Origin: Eledone cirrhosa
Lineage: Eukaryota
Assembly: GCA_964016885.1 (NCBI GenBank)
Contig: OZ024762.1
Coordinates: 14,446,001-14,510,000, forward strand
Direction of reading: 5' to 3'
Length of the DNA stretch: 64,000 nucleotides
Shown here: positions 38,706-52,087 of the stretch, in pieces
How the letters are laid out: every line of letters begins with the position of its first letter
Position numbering within the stretch: position 1 is the first letter of the stretch
Program-made: the position numbers and the translations under genes
The notes under the pieces: model-generated
What the model was told of the DNA's origin: nothing
What the model saw: the letters and a program-made list of their open reading frames with translations, nothing else
Databases searched by the model: none

Positions 38706-39195
38706 AGGTCGATAAAATAAAGTACCAGTAATACACTGGGATCGATTTAATCGACTTTCCCCTCAACCCACAAAAATTGTTACGGGGTCGAGAAAATAAA
38801 GTACCAGTAATGCACTGGGTTCGATTTAATCGACTTTTCCCACCCCACAAAAATTGTTACGGGGTCGATAGAATAAAGTACCAGTAATGCACTGGGTTCG
38901 ATTTAATCGACTTTTCCCACCCCACAAAAATTGTTACGGGGTCGATAGAATAAAGTACCAGTAATGCACTGGGTTCGATTTAATCGACTTTTCCCTCCCC
39001 ACAAAAATTGTTACGGGGTCGATAGAATAAAGTACCAGTAATGCACTGGGTTCGATTTAATCGACTTTTCCCTCCCCACAAAAATTGTTACGGGGTCGAG
39101 AAAATAAAGTATCAGTAATGCACTGGGGTTGATTTAATCGACTTTCCCCTCTACCCCCTCAAAAAAATTGCTGGTCTTGTGCCTAAGGTAGAAAC
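38706..39195 (+). repeat. Tandem array (~6 x ~77 bp) of the SINE family 1 3' segment
   Basis: Repeated GGGGTCGATAGAATAAAGTACCAGTAATGCACTGGGTTCGATTTAATCGACTTTTCCC..CCCACAAAAATTGTTAC. Confidence 0.9.
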
Positions 39196-39335
39196 AATTT
39201 TTTTTTTTCTTGTTAAAATCAATAAGCATCAAAATTATCATCGTAATCAATAAGAAAAACAATCTTCACACAACATAAAACATAACTTATCTTACAAACC
39301 TATTCGCGTTGATTGAATTTCGAAAATCTGAGATG

Positions 39336-39349
39336 GTTGCTATGAATAC
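39336..39349 (-). promoter_or_regulatory. RFX X-box motif near the putative 5'UTR exon of gene A
   Basis: Minus strand GTATTCATAGCAAC fits the X-box consensus GTHNYY-AT-RRNAAC. A GTAAG donor lies 40 nt downstream (39295-39291) in unique, CpG-containing sequence. Confidence 0.55.
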
Positions 39350-39689
39350 AATTTCTACAATAATGTGTCTTGTATTCTTCAGTCTCGAGAACGTTACTAG
39401 CTGCAAAAGACGTTCTAAAAATCGCCATTTAGAATTCCTGGAGCTCAAATCTACCACGACGACAACGTCAACAACAACAACAACAACAATAGAAGTAAAG
39501 AAAGGGAGAGAAAAGAAGAGAAGAGTGGTCGTGTGATCAAATGCTCTGTTGTAAAATTTGCATGGCGGCGGGAAGGAAGGGGTTTCGTCTCTCTCTCCAG
39601 AGTCATTTTTTTTTCTTTTTTTTTTTTTTTACAAATGCGTTTCTTTCTGTCAACGGTGTTTTGTCCATCTGTCTCACATATATCTATCT

Positions 39690-40069
<380 letters not shown>

Positions 40070-40306
40070 AATAATAATAAATTTGAAGACTAAAATCCAA
40101 AGAGGGCTCGATAAGGATAAATATATATCAAATATATAAGAACCGTAGAGCAAATATTTATTAAAATAACAGATTAAAGTTTAAGCAAAGAATCGCTGCT
40201 TTCACCCTTAACGGGATCTTCTGAAAGACTTTGTTAGTTTCAGAAGATCCCGTTAAGGGTGAAAGCAGCGATTCTTTGCTTAAACTTTAATCTGTTATTT
40301 TAATAA

Positions 40307-40462
<156 letters not shown>

Positions 40463-42320
40463 GGTAAACAGAAATAACAACACAGTCAGTACAGAATATG
40501 GAAGGGATATATTAGGTTAACGCTTGATATAGCAGGAAGAGGGTCTTAACGTTTCAGACGCTAGTCCTTCATCAGAAGAAAGAATGAGAAATAAGATAGA
40601 TTGAGGGGACGGGCGGGGTGGAATTGGAAAAAATGTCTTTAGATAAAAATAACAGGTCCATTCATGTTGACATCTCTAAGTTCAGTAAATCCGAAGAAAA
40701 CTAGTGAGAGAACCAAAATGAACGCTCGATACAGATTGTTGTTGTGTTATTACTGGTCTGAGGATCAGGCAGTGTTAGAGTCTGGTCTGGGGGTGCCATC
40801 CTAGATCACGAGCCAGCTGCTTGGGAAACATTTGTAATCAAGATTAAACAATAAATCTTCTATGTAACATCTCCACTTCGTTCTTATATATATATATATA
40901 GTAATAATAATTGTTTCTACTATTGGTACAAGGCCAGCAATTACCCCAGTGCATTACTGGTACTTTATTTTATCGACCCCGTAAGGATGAAAGGCAAAGT
41001 TAACCTCGGCGGGATTTGAACTCAGATCATACATATATATAGTAATAATAATTGTTTCTACTATTGGCACAAGGCCAGCAATTACCCCAGTGCATTACTG
41101 GTACTTTATGTTATCGACCCCGTAAGGATGAAAGGCAAAGTTAACCTCGACGGGATTTGAACTCAGACGATAAAGAGACGTAACTCTTTGCTGGAAAGCA
41201 TGGCGTCCGATCCTCTACCGATACTGCATGCGAAGACTAAAATCCAAAGAGGGCTCGATAAGGATAAATATATATCAAATATATAAGAACCGTAGAGCAA
41301 ATATTTATTAAAATAACAGATTAAAGTTTAAGCAAAGAATCGCTGCTTTCACCCTTAACGGGATCTTCTGAATATATATATATAGAGAAAGAGTGGTGTT
41401 GGTGGGAGTGGGGTAGTGGGATGGGGTATATATTTGGTTAAGAGGTGCCTACTATATATATTACATATAGAGTACTCTTCAGTATCATAGTACTATGAGA
41501 CTCTGCACACATATATATAAGAATGGAGGCAGTAAAAACCAGTTAGACCATTACTCACCAGAGTACTCAATACTTGGGGTAGTAGAGTGGACAATATGAA
41601 AAGATTCAGGACCCCGACGGCTGAGCTCCAGCCATTTCAAAATTTAGTTCGGATCTAGCTTTTGAAACGGCCGGAGCTCAGCCGTCGGGGTATATATGTG
41701 AAATATATATATATATATATATATATATATTTCACATGAATCAAAGTTCTGTTCAAACCATTTATTAGCTTACAATTGTTTCGTCCAAACCGAGGTTTGG
41801 AGTCTTCAGAGCAATTTTTCAATGATTGTTTACATACATGACCTCCTTTCCAACACAAGAGACATACAGAAACATATGTATATATCTATGCACAGTCGTA
41901 TATGTATATATAACTATAAAAAGTTTTAGTATATACATAACCATAAATAGTATCCTTAATACTATATATATATATATATTTTTTAATTATGTAATAAACA
42001 CAATATAATTATTCCATTACCAAAGGTTTCAGGAAACTAGACGATTCTAACAGAAACGTCTGATATCGTTCAACAACTGACAATATAAATAAACTAACTT
42101 TCATTAATCACTTACAATTCTTTCCAGTGTGAAGTGAAAAGAATTTGTCCGTTTGCACAATTGGCAAATCCATAGGCCTTCCCACCTTCGTGTGGGAGGT
42201 CCTATGGATTTGCCGATTGAACAAACGGATGAGTCCATTTTACTTTACACTAGAAACAATTGTAAGTGGTTAAATAGTTTTTTAATGAAAGTTGGTTTAG
42301 TTTATTTTATTCAAATACTC

Positions 42321-42375
<55 letters not shown>

Positions 42376-42426
42376 CATATATACATATACACATACATAT
42401 ATACATATATATATACATATATGTAC

Positions 42427-42483
<57 letters not shown>

Positions 42484-42527
42484 GTATATATACATATACA
42501 TACAAATATACACGCAACACACACACA

Positions 42528-42606
<79 letters not shown>

Positions 42607-44599
42607 TTAAATAATTTAAAAAAACCATACAATGCATTAGAAAATTAAAAGTGTCAAGATAACGATAGAATTTTACCTTAGCAAATTTAATTATGTCAAA
42701 TATTTTCGGGTTTAAAAACTATTCAACAGTGCTTCAAGCAAACTACAACACTGCATTTATATATACACACACACGAATGTTGTATATATATAAATATATA
42801 GATATAAAAAAGGTAAGACGTAAGACACATTTCGTTTTATTAAAGAATTGTTTTATTTCCAATAAGTGTAACTTGTCTTATATATATTTATTTACTTATT
42901 GAATATATAGTTATATTTCAACAAAACAATATTTATTCCATTTGTAAACTGGCAGGTAATGTACTAGTAATAATAATGTCTAACATAGGCATATGCCCAT
43001 AAATTGAAAAGAAAAGTGAACAGGTGAGGGTAGGGTTGGAAATTAAATTTAAATGCCAGTATTTGACTGGTACTTTTTATCGAACCCCAGAAAAATCTAA
43101 AGGAAATAATGTGACCATTAGTGATAGTGGAACTCAGTGTGGACTGAGAGAGGTTTATACCGTGTTACCAACATGGCCACATTACAGAGTTGACTGTGTT
43201 TTTTTTGTCGTGACACCTACACGACCTCATTTATTTTGGACTGGATGTTGTGGTACCAACATAGCTTTACAGAGAAAGAGTGGTGTTGGTGGGAGTGGGG
43301 GTAGTGGGATGGGGTATATATTTGGTTAAGAGGTGCCTACTGTATATATATATTACATATAGAGTACTCTTCAGTATCATAGTACTATGAGACTCTGCAC
43401 ACATATATATAAGAATGGAGGCAGTAAAAACCAGTTAGACCATTACTCACCAGAGCACTCAATACTTGGGGTAGTAGAGTGGGCAATATGAAAAGATTCA
43501 GGACCCCGATGGCTGAGCTCCAGCCATTTCAAAATTTAGTTCAGATCTAGCTTTTGAAACGGCCGGAGCACAGCCGTCGGGGTCCTGAATCTTTTCATAT
43601 TGCCCACTCTACTACCCCAAGTATCGAGTACTCTGGTGGGTAATGGTCTAACTGGTTTGTATATATATATAGAGAAGTAGAACACCAGGAGGTTATATCC
43701 ATAGTAAGTAGAACACTCAGTACATAGGAAGAGTTTGGTATAGAGTTAGTGCCACAACATATAAACAAACCATCTTGGAGGACACATGTTTGAGAATCTG
43801 TTGGGTGAAACACACATCTTCAAGGAAGGTTTGCTGATTTTTTGTGGAACTAACTATATATATATATATATTACATATAGGGTACTCTTAAATAGATAGT
43901 ACTACTAAGCTCTACATATATATTACATATAGAGCACTCTTTAATACCACACCACAACCAGGTATTGTGCACCACATATATTATGTTGAGTAATTACTAT
44001 ACAATAAAAAGCCAAACAAATAGAAAGAAAGAAAATACTGAAGGCAATGAAGTCATGCAATATAAGTACTATTGAAGGGTAAATTAACAAGCCCTTAACT
44101 TTTGTTGGAGACGTAGGGGTGCCATCCTGATACATGGCATGTTTTGGGCTATTTTAAAACCGGGTCGAGCCCATCCCTTTTTGGGTCAGAACAGCCAATC
44201 TTCTCCAGGAGGAGGAATAAAAGTTTTAAAAAATGATTTGTAGTGGATGAATCAATCCCAGTATATATATTGGTACTTTATTTATTTACCTCAAAAGACT
44301 GAAAGGTAGTAAAGTTAACCTTGGTAGGATTTGAACTCAGAATGCATTGAACCAGAACAAATACCAAAGTATTTTTGATCTGACGCCATAATGACTCTGA
44401 CAAATCACCACCTTTTTTTCTTTTTAATACTAACAATATATTTAAAATAATGATAAATGTTTAAATTGAGCCCTTCTTGAAACGAAATGGATATTTGATA
44501 TCTACAGTATTTGGACATATCATGTGACCAAATACCACATAACTCTTTACCTTTCTTTCTGCAATATCACTCTCCTTAAAATAAAAGTAGCTCCTTATC

Positions 44600-45120
44600 A
44601 GATTATCAGATTGGACCAAGGAAACAATGTTTCCATTGCTGATACTATGTTTCAATTGCAACACCTGGCAGACGAAAGGAGCTGACTATCAGATCAGACC
44701 AAAGAAACAATGTTTCCATTAGTCTTTCCATTGCTGATACTATCTGCCAGTCACAAGTCCTGGCAGAAGAAAGGAACCAATCAGATTGGATCGAGGAAAC
44801 AAAGTTTCCATTGCTGATATTATTTGTCAGTTGCAATTCCTGGCAGAAGAAAGGAGCTGCTCGTCAGATCAGACCAAAGAAACAATGTTTCCATTAGTCT
44901 TTCCATTGCTGATACTATCTGCCAGTCACAAGTCCTGGCAGAAGAAAGGAACCAATCAGATTGGACCAAGGAAACAAAGTTTCCATTGCTGATATTATTT
45001 GTCAGTTGCGATTCCTGGCAGAAGAAAGGAGCTGCTTGTCAGATCAGACCAAAGAAACAATGTTTCCATTAGTCTTTCCATTGCTGATATAGTCTGTCAA
45101 TCATAACTCTTGGCAGAAGA
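44600..45120. repeat. Degenerate tandem repeat with alternating subunits (higher unit ~175-180 bp)
   Basis: Recurring TCAGATTGGACCAAGGAAACAA..TTTCCATTGCTGATA..CCTGGCAGAAGAAAGGA. Related sequence lies at ~7480-7550 and ~37615-37710. Confidence 0.8.
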
Positions 45121-45379
45121 AATTTAAGAGTTGATTTTTAATTTAGGTAAAAGGTCAACGATTTGGGGGGGCAGAAGGGAGGAGTTACTTAAATGTGGTT
45201 ACTTTACTTTATTGACCCCAGAAGGACGTAAAGTGAAGTTGGCCTAAGCAGGATTTGAACTCAGAATGTAAAAAACTGGAACAAACAGAGCAAGGCTATG
45301 TGTTCAGCTCCCTAAGAGTTTGGCCAATCCACTGCCCTCTTAAAGCTGAACAACAGAGATATGTTTAGAGGAGACCTAG

Positions 45380-46075
45380 AATACATTAAGGTGATATTTG
45401 AAGCAGGTGGTGCCTTAAAAATTCTAAGGTAATGATTGGAGAAGGTGGGACCTTAAAAATTCTAAGGTAATTTTTGGAGCAGGGAGGACTGAGAATACAC
45501 TATAGGAATATTCTAGGTGAGCCCTTGAATATCCTGAGGAGATATTTGGAGCAGGCAGGTGCTAGAATATTTCAAAGTAATATTTGGAGCAGGTGTGCCA
45601 GAGAATATTGTGACGAGATATTTAGAGCAGGTGTGCCAGAGAATATACTATAGAGATATTTAGAGCAGGTGTGCCAAAGAATATACTATAGAGATATTTA
45701 GAGCAGGTGCACCTGAGAATATTGATGAGATATTTAGAGCAGGTGGGCCAGAGAATATACTATAGAGATATTTAGAGCAGGTGCCCCTGAGAATATTGTG
45801 ATGAGATATTTAGAACAGGTACACCTGAGAATATACTGAGGAAATATTTGGATCAGATGAGACTGAGGTGTACTATAGAGATATTTGTAGCATATGGGCC
45901 CTACAATATTCTGGGGTAATATTTGGAACATGTGGGAACTAGAATATTCTGGGAAATATTTGGATCAGTGGGTAGTGGAGGCTTTAGAATATTTCAAAGT
46001 AATATTTGGAACAGGTGGGAACTAGAACATTCTAGGATAATATCTGCATCAGATAGGTCCTGGAATATTCTGGAA
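45380..46075. repeat. 38-bp minisatellite GAGATATTTAGAGCAGGTGTGCCAGAGAATATACTATA, degenerate at the edges
   Basis: Period 38 measured between 45615 and 45653. Confidence 0.85.
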
Positions 46076-46269
46076 GATGAAGGGCTGATTTGACTGTGGA
46101 GGGATGCAAAGGGGCTGTTTGTTTTATCATTATTTTTATTTTAATGACTTTGAAATGTTTTGATATTTTCCTTGCTTTTATTTATTTAGTATTTGAAGAA
46201 ATATAAATTATCACATACAAAAAAAACAAAAGTAAGGATCTTACTACTGGTTTCAGTTCATCTAAAAAT

Positions 46270-46327
<58 letters not shown>

Positions 46328-46337
46328 ATCTAGGGCG

Positions 46338-46372
<35 letters not shown>

Positions 46373-46423
46373 GTATGTGTATCTAGGATGGGTATATATA
46401 TATATATACACACACATATATAC

Positions 46424-46487
<64 letters not shown>

Positions 46488-46603
46488 ACTCACACACACA
46501 CATATATATATATATAAACATTGTCATATTTGTGTATATATGTGTATATATATATGAATATGTGATTATTGTAACAGTGGTTAATGTATTATCGGTCTGC
46601 TTA

Positions 46604-46613
46604 TTTATTTATT
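46604..46613 (-). terminator. Polyadenylation signal(s) AATAAA of gene B
   Basis: Overlapping AATAAA hexamers on the minus strand ~45 nt after the gene B stop codon. Confidence 0.5.
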
Positions 46614-46656
46614 CCTATTCTTCTTTTTCCTCTTCTTTGTTGTCCTCACTTGACTG

Positions 46657-46726
46657 TTAAACCTTCAGAGTCTGCTGGGCAACCCTTTTAACATGCCCAA
46701 AATATCTATCTGGTATTCCAGCCAAT
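46657..46726 (-). CDS. CFAP45: CFAP45-like gene B, terminal coding exon
   Basis: cttatcag|A. Phase 2 gives (R)[22 protein letters not shown], matching CFAP45 'RATGLPEKY'. Confidence 0.82.
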
Positions 46727-47159
46727 CTGATAAGAGATGAAAGAATCAGTTATATATATATATATTAGTTTTGCGAGGTTTTTGATATGAAATTGTGTGT
46801 CGAAACAAATATTGTTATACTTGGGGAGGGTCATATTTGTGTAATAATATTGCCAGAATTAATAACAGAACACACTCACTGTTTGGTTGGTTTTCGCTTC
46901 TGTGTCTTTTATATCGGTTAATTTAATTTATTCGGTAAATTAAATTAAATTAACCGATATAAAAGACACAGAAGCGAAAACCAACCAAACAGTGAGTGTG
47001 TTCTGTTATTAATTCTGGCAATATTATTACACAAATATGACCCTCCCCAAGTATAACAATATATATAAATATATATATATATATATTTAAACATTGCACA
47101 TGTATATAAGATAAATGACAGCAACAGCAACGATATCAAAAGCACCAAGCAACAAACAA

Positions 47160-47660
47160 ACAAAAACAGGAAAGGAAACAGAATCAGAAAACAGAAACAA
47201 AAAAGGAAAAACAGTAACAGAAAATAGTAGAAAACAGAAACAGAAGGAAAAAACAGGATCAGAAAACAGAAACAGGAGAAAATAGAATCAGAAGAAGAAA
47301 ACCGAAACAGAAACAGAAGAAAACAGAAACAAAAACAAAAGAAAACAGAAACAGAAGGAAACAGAAAACAGAAACAAGAGGAAAAAACAGAATCAGAAGA
47401 GTAAAAACAAAAAAGGAAAAACAGTAACAGAAAACAGTAGAAAACAGAAACAGAAGGAAAAAAACAGGATCAGAAAACAGAAACAGGAGAAAACAGAATC
47501 AGAAGAAGAAAACCGAAACAAAAACAAAAGAAAACAGAAACAGAAGGAAACAGAAAACAGAAACAAGAGGAAAAAACAGAATCAGAAAACAGAAACAGAA
47601 TGGAAAAAACAGAATCAGAAAACAGAAAAGGGGGAAAACAACAACAGAAAACAGAAACTG
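47160..47660. repeat. Degenerate (GAAACA/AAACAG)n repeat
   Basis: Directly visible. Confidence 0.9.
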
Positions 47661-47700
47661 AAATAGAGCCATGTCTGAAACTTCTATGAAAGTGACTAAC

Positions 47701-47925
47701 CTCAGTTCTTGAAGTTTCTTTTCTTTAATAGCATTCAGCCTCTGTTTGTAGGCAAACTCCTCTTCCTGAACCCGTTTACTGTCAGCAAAATATTCCTGAC
47801 GCTGTTTGATTCTATCTTGTTCGTTCTGCCGGATCTGGGAACGAAGATCTTCACAATATTTCTTGGAACGGTCCCTTATTATCAGCTCTCTTTGTCTCTC
47901 TTGGTCAAATAACTGTCTCTGGGCG
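47701..47925 (-). CDS. CFAP45: CFAP45-like gene B exon (225 nt; paralog of gene A exon 7)
   Basis: tttaag|C...CTGAG|gttagt. Encodes (S)AQRQLFDQERQRELIIRDRSKKYCEDLRSQIRQNEQDRIKQRQEYFADSKRVQEEEFAYKQRLNAIKEKKLQEL. Confidence 0.92.
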
Positions 47926-48683
47926 CTTAAACAAACAATCAAATCAGACTCAGACATTAGAAACAAGTTATAGGGGTAGGAGAATGACATTGGAACATTA
48001 TCTCAGGTTAACTTTGCCTTTCATCATTACGGGGTCAATAAAATAAAGTACCAGTAATGCACTGGGTAAATTGCTGGCCTTGTGCCAAAAAGTAGAAACA
48101 ATTATTTGTGTGAATTAACAGTATCGGTAGAGCGTCAGACACCATGCTTTGCAGCATAGAGTTATGGCCCTTTTCGGTCTGAGTTCAAATCTCGCCGAGG
48201 TTAACTTTGCCTTTCATCCTTACGGGGTCGTTAAAATAATGTACCAGTAATACACTGGGGTAATTGCTGGCCTTCTGCCAAAAGTAGAAACATTTATCTC
48301 ATATGTATATGATGAACAATATATATATATCATCATCATCGTCGTCATCCTCATCACCGTTTTACGTCCGTTCTTCCACGCTAGCATGGGTTAGACAGGT
48401 TGACCTGTTGTGGGCAATGTTAGGTCGAGTGACCTTGTCTTGCTCATACGGGAACTGATTTTGGCTTGATTTCTACAGCTGGATGCCCTTATTAACACCA
48501 GCCTCATTTACAGTGAGTGCTGGGTGCTTTTTTTCCGTGGCCCCTACACATCCACTTTACAGAGTGGACCGGGTGTTTTTTTGTTGTGACATCTCCATGA
48601 GCACTTTGAAATGGGAGGGGATGGGAGCATATTTTCTATATGCTTCAGCTTGTTCTCGTGGGAAGTTGGGTCTTCTGTATATA

Positions 48684-48744
<61 letters not shown>

Positions 48745-49493
48745 TTAATTATACTATTTATGGTTATGTAAATATAAAAACCTTTTGCAGTTATATATAT
48801 TTTTATACAAACCCTAAATAGTGGTAGGCAGTAATATGTTACTACCTTATTACCAGTAAGTTAAGTAGCTCAATGTATCTTTTAATAAGAATGTAATCTC
48901 TAAGTGTGTACTGCCACTCTAAATGTTGTAATGAATGTTGACCCACAATATTTGCATATGTATCTGTATATCTCTTGGGTGAAAAGGAGGTCATATAAGT
49001 GTTCATTCATTAATAAATTGCTCCGAAGAATCCAAACCTCGGTTTGGAGGAAACAGTTGTAAGCATAAAAATGTTTTGAACAGTTCTTTGATTCTTATAA
49101 TTCATATATATATATATATATATGATGTATATCATCATCATCACCGTTTTACATCCATTTTACCATTCTTGCATAGGTAAGACAGAACTGTAGAGTTGGC
49201 CGGGGGTTTTTTTACAGCTGGATGTACTTACTAATACCAACTACATTTACATATATATATGTTAAGTATTTCCGGAGAAAAAGCAAAGGCAAAAAGAGTG
49301 CTCTATGCATAAAACAGAGCTATTTAATTAAATATATATATATATATTAAAGAGTTAAACAAGATTCAATGAGTACAACAAAGAATGAGTTTTACAGTAG
49401 ATTGGAAGCACTCTGCAGAAAAAAATAATTTTCCAGAGTTATTAATATTAAAATACAAATATTAATAAAATAGATGTTCTTTTGATCAATTAA

Positions 49494-49546
49494 ATTTTAT
49501 TATACATATTTCGGAGGTACAACAGTACGTCCTCATCAGACAAAAT
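49494..49546 (-). ncRNA. Minimal hammerhead ribozyme (left arm of palindrome; sense to gene B)
   Basis: Exact reverse complement of 49654-49706. Confidence 0.8.
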
Positions 49547-49653
49547 ATGATACATGACATACCCTGAGATGTTAAATGGTTAAGATTTAATCAATCACTA
49601 CCTTGATTAAATCTTAACCATTTAACATCTCAGGGTATGTCATGTATCATTAT

Positions 49654-49706
49654 ATTTTGTCTGATGAGGACGTACTGTTGTACCTCCGAAATATGTATAA
49701 TAAAAT
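49654..49706 (+). ncRNA. Minimal type I hammerhead ribozyme
   Basis: ATTTTGT-CTGATGA-GGACGTAC(tgtt)GTACCTCC-GAAA-TATGTA-TA-ATAAAAT. It has a 7-bp stem I, a G-C closed stem II and an AUA cleavage site after 49699. Confidence 0.82.
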
Positions 49707-50565
49707 TTAATTGATCAAAAGAACATCTATTTTATTAATATTTGTATTTTAATATATATATATATATATATATATAGGAACAAGTAAGACCCCGACGGCT
49801 GAGCTCAAGCCGTTTCGACGGAAACGGCTTGAGCTCAGCCGTCGGGGTCTTACTTGTTCCTATTACCCACTCTACTACCCTAAGTATTGAGTACTTTGGT
49901 GCGTTATGGTCCACCTGGTTCCTTACCACATTTCCTTCGTTATATATATATATATATATAAATTAAAGGTATATAGGTATAAATCAAAGTTGTAGCTACA
50001 GTAAACAAAATTTAAAAAGTGTGACACCACTTACAAAAATACACATTCACACAAACACACACACACACATTCACACATATAATTATACAAACACACACGC
50101 ACACATTCACACAAACACACACACATATATTCATAGAAAAACACAAACACACACACATTTACACAAACACACACATACACATACACTCACACACAGCATA
50201 GCAAATGGAACACCGGTTTTTGCTAGTTTTTTCACCATCTGCTTCCTTCTTTTTACATACACATACATTCACACAAACACACACACACATTGTGTGACGG
50301 ACAGACGGACGAACGGAAATCGCTCAAATTTACATATATAGCGTTATTCCATATCAAATCACCCAGTTTCAGAAAAATTTCCCAGATCGCCCGCTCAAAT
50401 CCCCCTGAAAAAATTCATACTAGCTCCTGTACCTATATGAGGGAAAAATATCAAGTAATAGGAGCTAGTATAAATTTTTTCAGGGTGATCTGATGGGGTG
50501 ACCTGGGACCCTCTGGGTGATTTTAGATGGAAGGACCCTATAGATTGTTTTTTTTTTCTGCTCAC

Positions 50566-50873
50566 CTGACTATCGTTTCAAATTCACACTTGTCCATATA
50601 CACCTGGGTAGCTTTCCGCTGCTCTTTCTCGTGTCGTTGCTGCATGCGAGCTTCAATTAACTCTGCTTCCAAGTTGGCTTTCTTCTGCACAGCAATAGCT
50701 TCTCGTTGTCGCCATTCCCTCTCCGCCTCTTCCACAGCTCTCTTAGCCCTTATGGCATTCCTCTCAGCTTTTTCATCGAGGGCTTTCTTCTGTTGGGCTC
50801 TTATCCTGGCTATATCTTGCTCCTTCTTAATACGGGCCTGCTCCTGCATAATTTCTATCATTTTTTCACGTTC
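50566..50873 (-). CDS. CFAP45: CFAP45-like gene B exon (308 nt; paralog of gene A exon 6)
   Basis: ttcag|GAA...GTCAG|gtgag. Encodes EREKMIEIMQEQARIKKEQDIARIRAQQKKALDEKAERNAIRAKRAVEEAEREWRQRE...QVYMDKCEFETIV, a strong match to CFAP45 'IARLRAMQEKAQDYQAEQDALRAKR.QE.ADREWRRKE'. Confidence 0.95.
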
Positions 50874-50993
50874 CTGAACATACAATTTGTTTTGGGGTCA
50901 GATAATAAAAAATGGCAATATATATATATATATATAAAATAAGTAAGTCAAACATGTAAAATTTGGCTTCGTTTATTATAAATTATAGATTTT

Positions 50994-51046
50994 CTGCTAT
51001 ATATATTTCAGTGACAGCCATCATTGGCTGTGACCTCTTCAGGCAG
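50994..51046 (-). ncRNA. Minimal type I hammerhead ribozyme (sense to gene B pre-mRNA)
   Basis: Minus strand: CTGC-CTGAAGA-GGTCACAGCCA(atga)TGGCTGTCACT-GAAA-TATATA-TA-GCAG. Stem I is CTGC/GCAG and stem III is the palindrome TATATA. Confidence 0.8.
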
Positions 51047-51649
51047 TCTGAATTGGTGTGGAAAAGACAGGTACACTTGTTGTTGAAGTGTGTTCCACTC
51101 TGTCAATACATCGATATGTCCAGCTCCTGGGTGTGTTGTTAGTCCTCCGAGGAGCTGGAATCATATGAGCTAGAACAAACGAATGTCGGCGTCAGAGGAC
51201 ACGCTCGCATCCCATTGGTCAGTTGTCAGTTCGACTAGGGGAGTGGCTGACAACTGACCAATGGGATGCGAGCGTGTCCTCTGATGCCGAAATTCGTTTG
51301 TTCTAGCTCATATGATTCCAGTTCCTCGGAGGACTAATATATATATATATATATATATAGTTATACTTGGGGAGGGTCATATTGTTATGATATTGCCATA
51401 AATAATAACAGAACGCACTCACTGTTTGGTTTGGATTGGTTTTCCTTTCTGTATCTTTTATACCCCCATAGTAAATTTATCTGGCAATCAATGTTTATCA
51501 TTGATTGACCAACGGTTAAAAATACAGATATAAATATATATATATAGTCTATCAAAGTCCTTTCGTTGCACATCTGCAACATCATCAGTGGTACTATTAT
51601 GTTTCCTCCCATTGTATTGTATTGTACTGTAACGTCTACGCCATTTTTA

Positions 51650-52065
51650 CGTAAAACAACTTCTTCCAACCTGTCCTTATTCTAGATACTATGGCCTCGG
51701 AACACCCCCCTCCCATACTAATCTGATCATCTAGATACCGGAAGCTATCAACCACTTCTATAGAACCTACCTGCATCTGAAAAATGTGTCTATCAATGCG
51801 ACTTCTACTGTCAAATTTCCTTGTACATCTCCTGCATACATATTTTTCCCTACCTGTTAGTTTGCCTGCTATCCCACTACATCTCTTGTGTACCCAAGAT
51901 CTGCATTGTGTACATTTTATAGAATTTATGCCAGTTACTTTTCTACATAACAAACATGGCCATTTCCTTGACGGAATCATAGTTTTGTCCTCTTTTCTAC
52001 TCATCAACACTTTTGTATTTGGCTAGGTTCACTCTCAACATTCTACATTCTATCTCCAGCCTGTG
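51650..52065 (-). mobile_element. RTE-type LINE fragment with PHD-like Cys/His finger inside the RT region
   Basis: WPCLLCRKVTGINSIKCTQCRSWVHKRCSG...YVCRRC...IEVVDSFRYLDDQISMGGGCSEAIVSRIRTGWKK. Confidence 0.85.
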
Positions 52066-52087
52066 TTGGATATATATATGTATATAT

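Noticed and set aside
39300-39428. Minus-strand ATG ORF as a coding first exon of gene A
   Set aside because: The frame ends at TAG before the GTAAG donor and has no CFAP45 similarity.
41385-43585. Direct duplication 41385-41690 / 43270-43585 (also 40085-40225 / 41232-41372)
   Set aside because: These are local duplications of repeat debris with no coding or structural signal beyond what is already listed.
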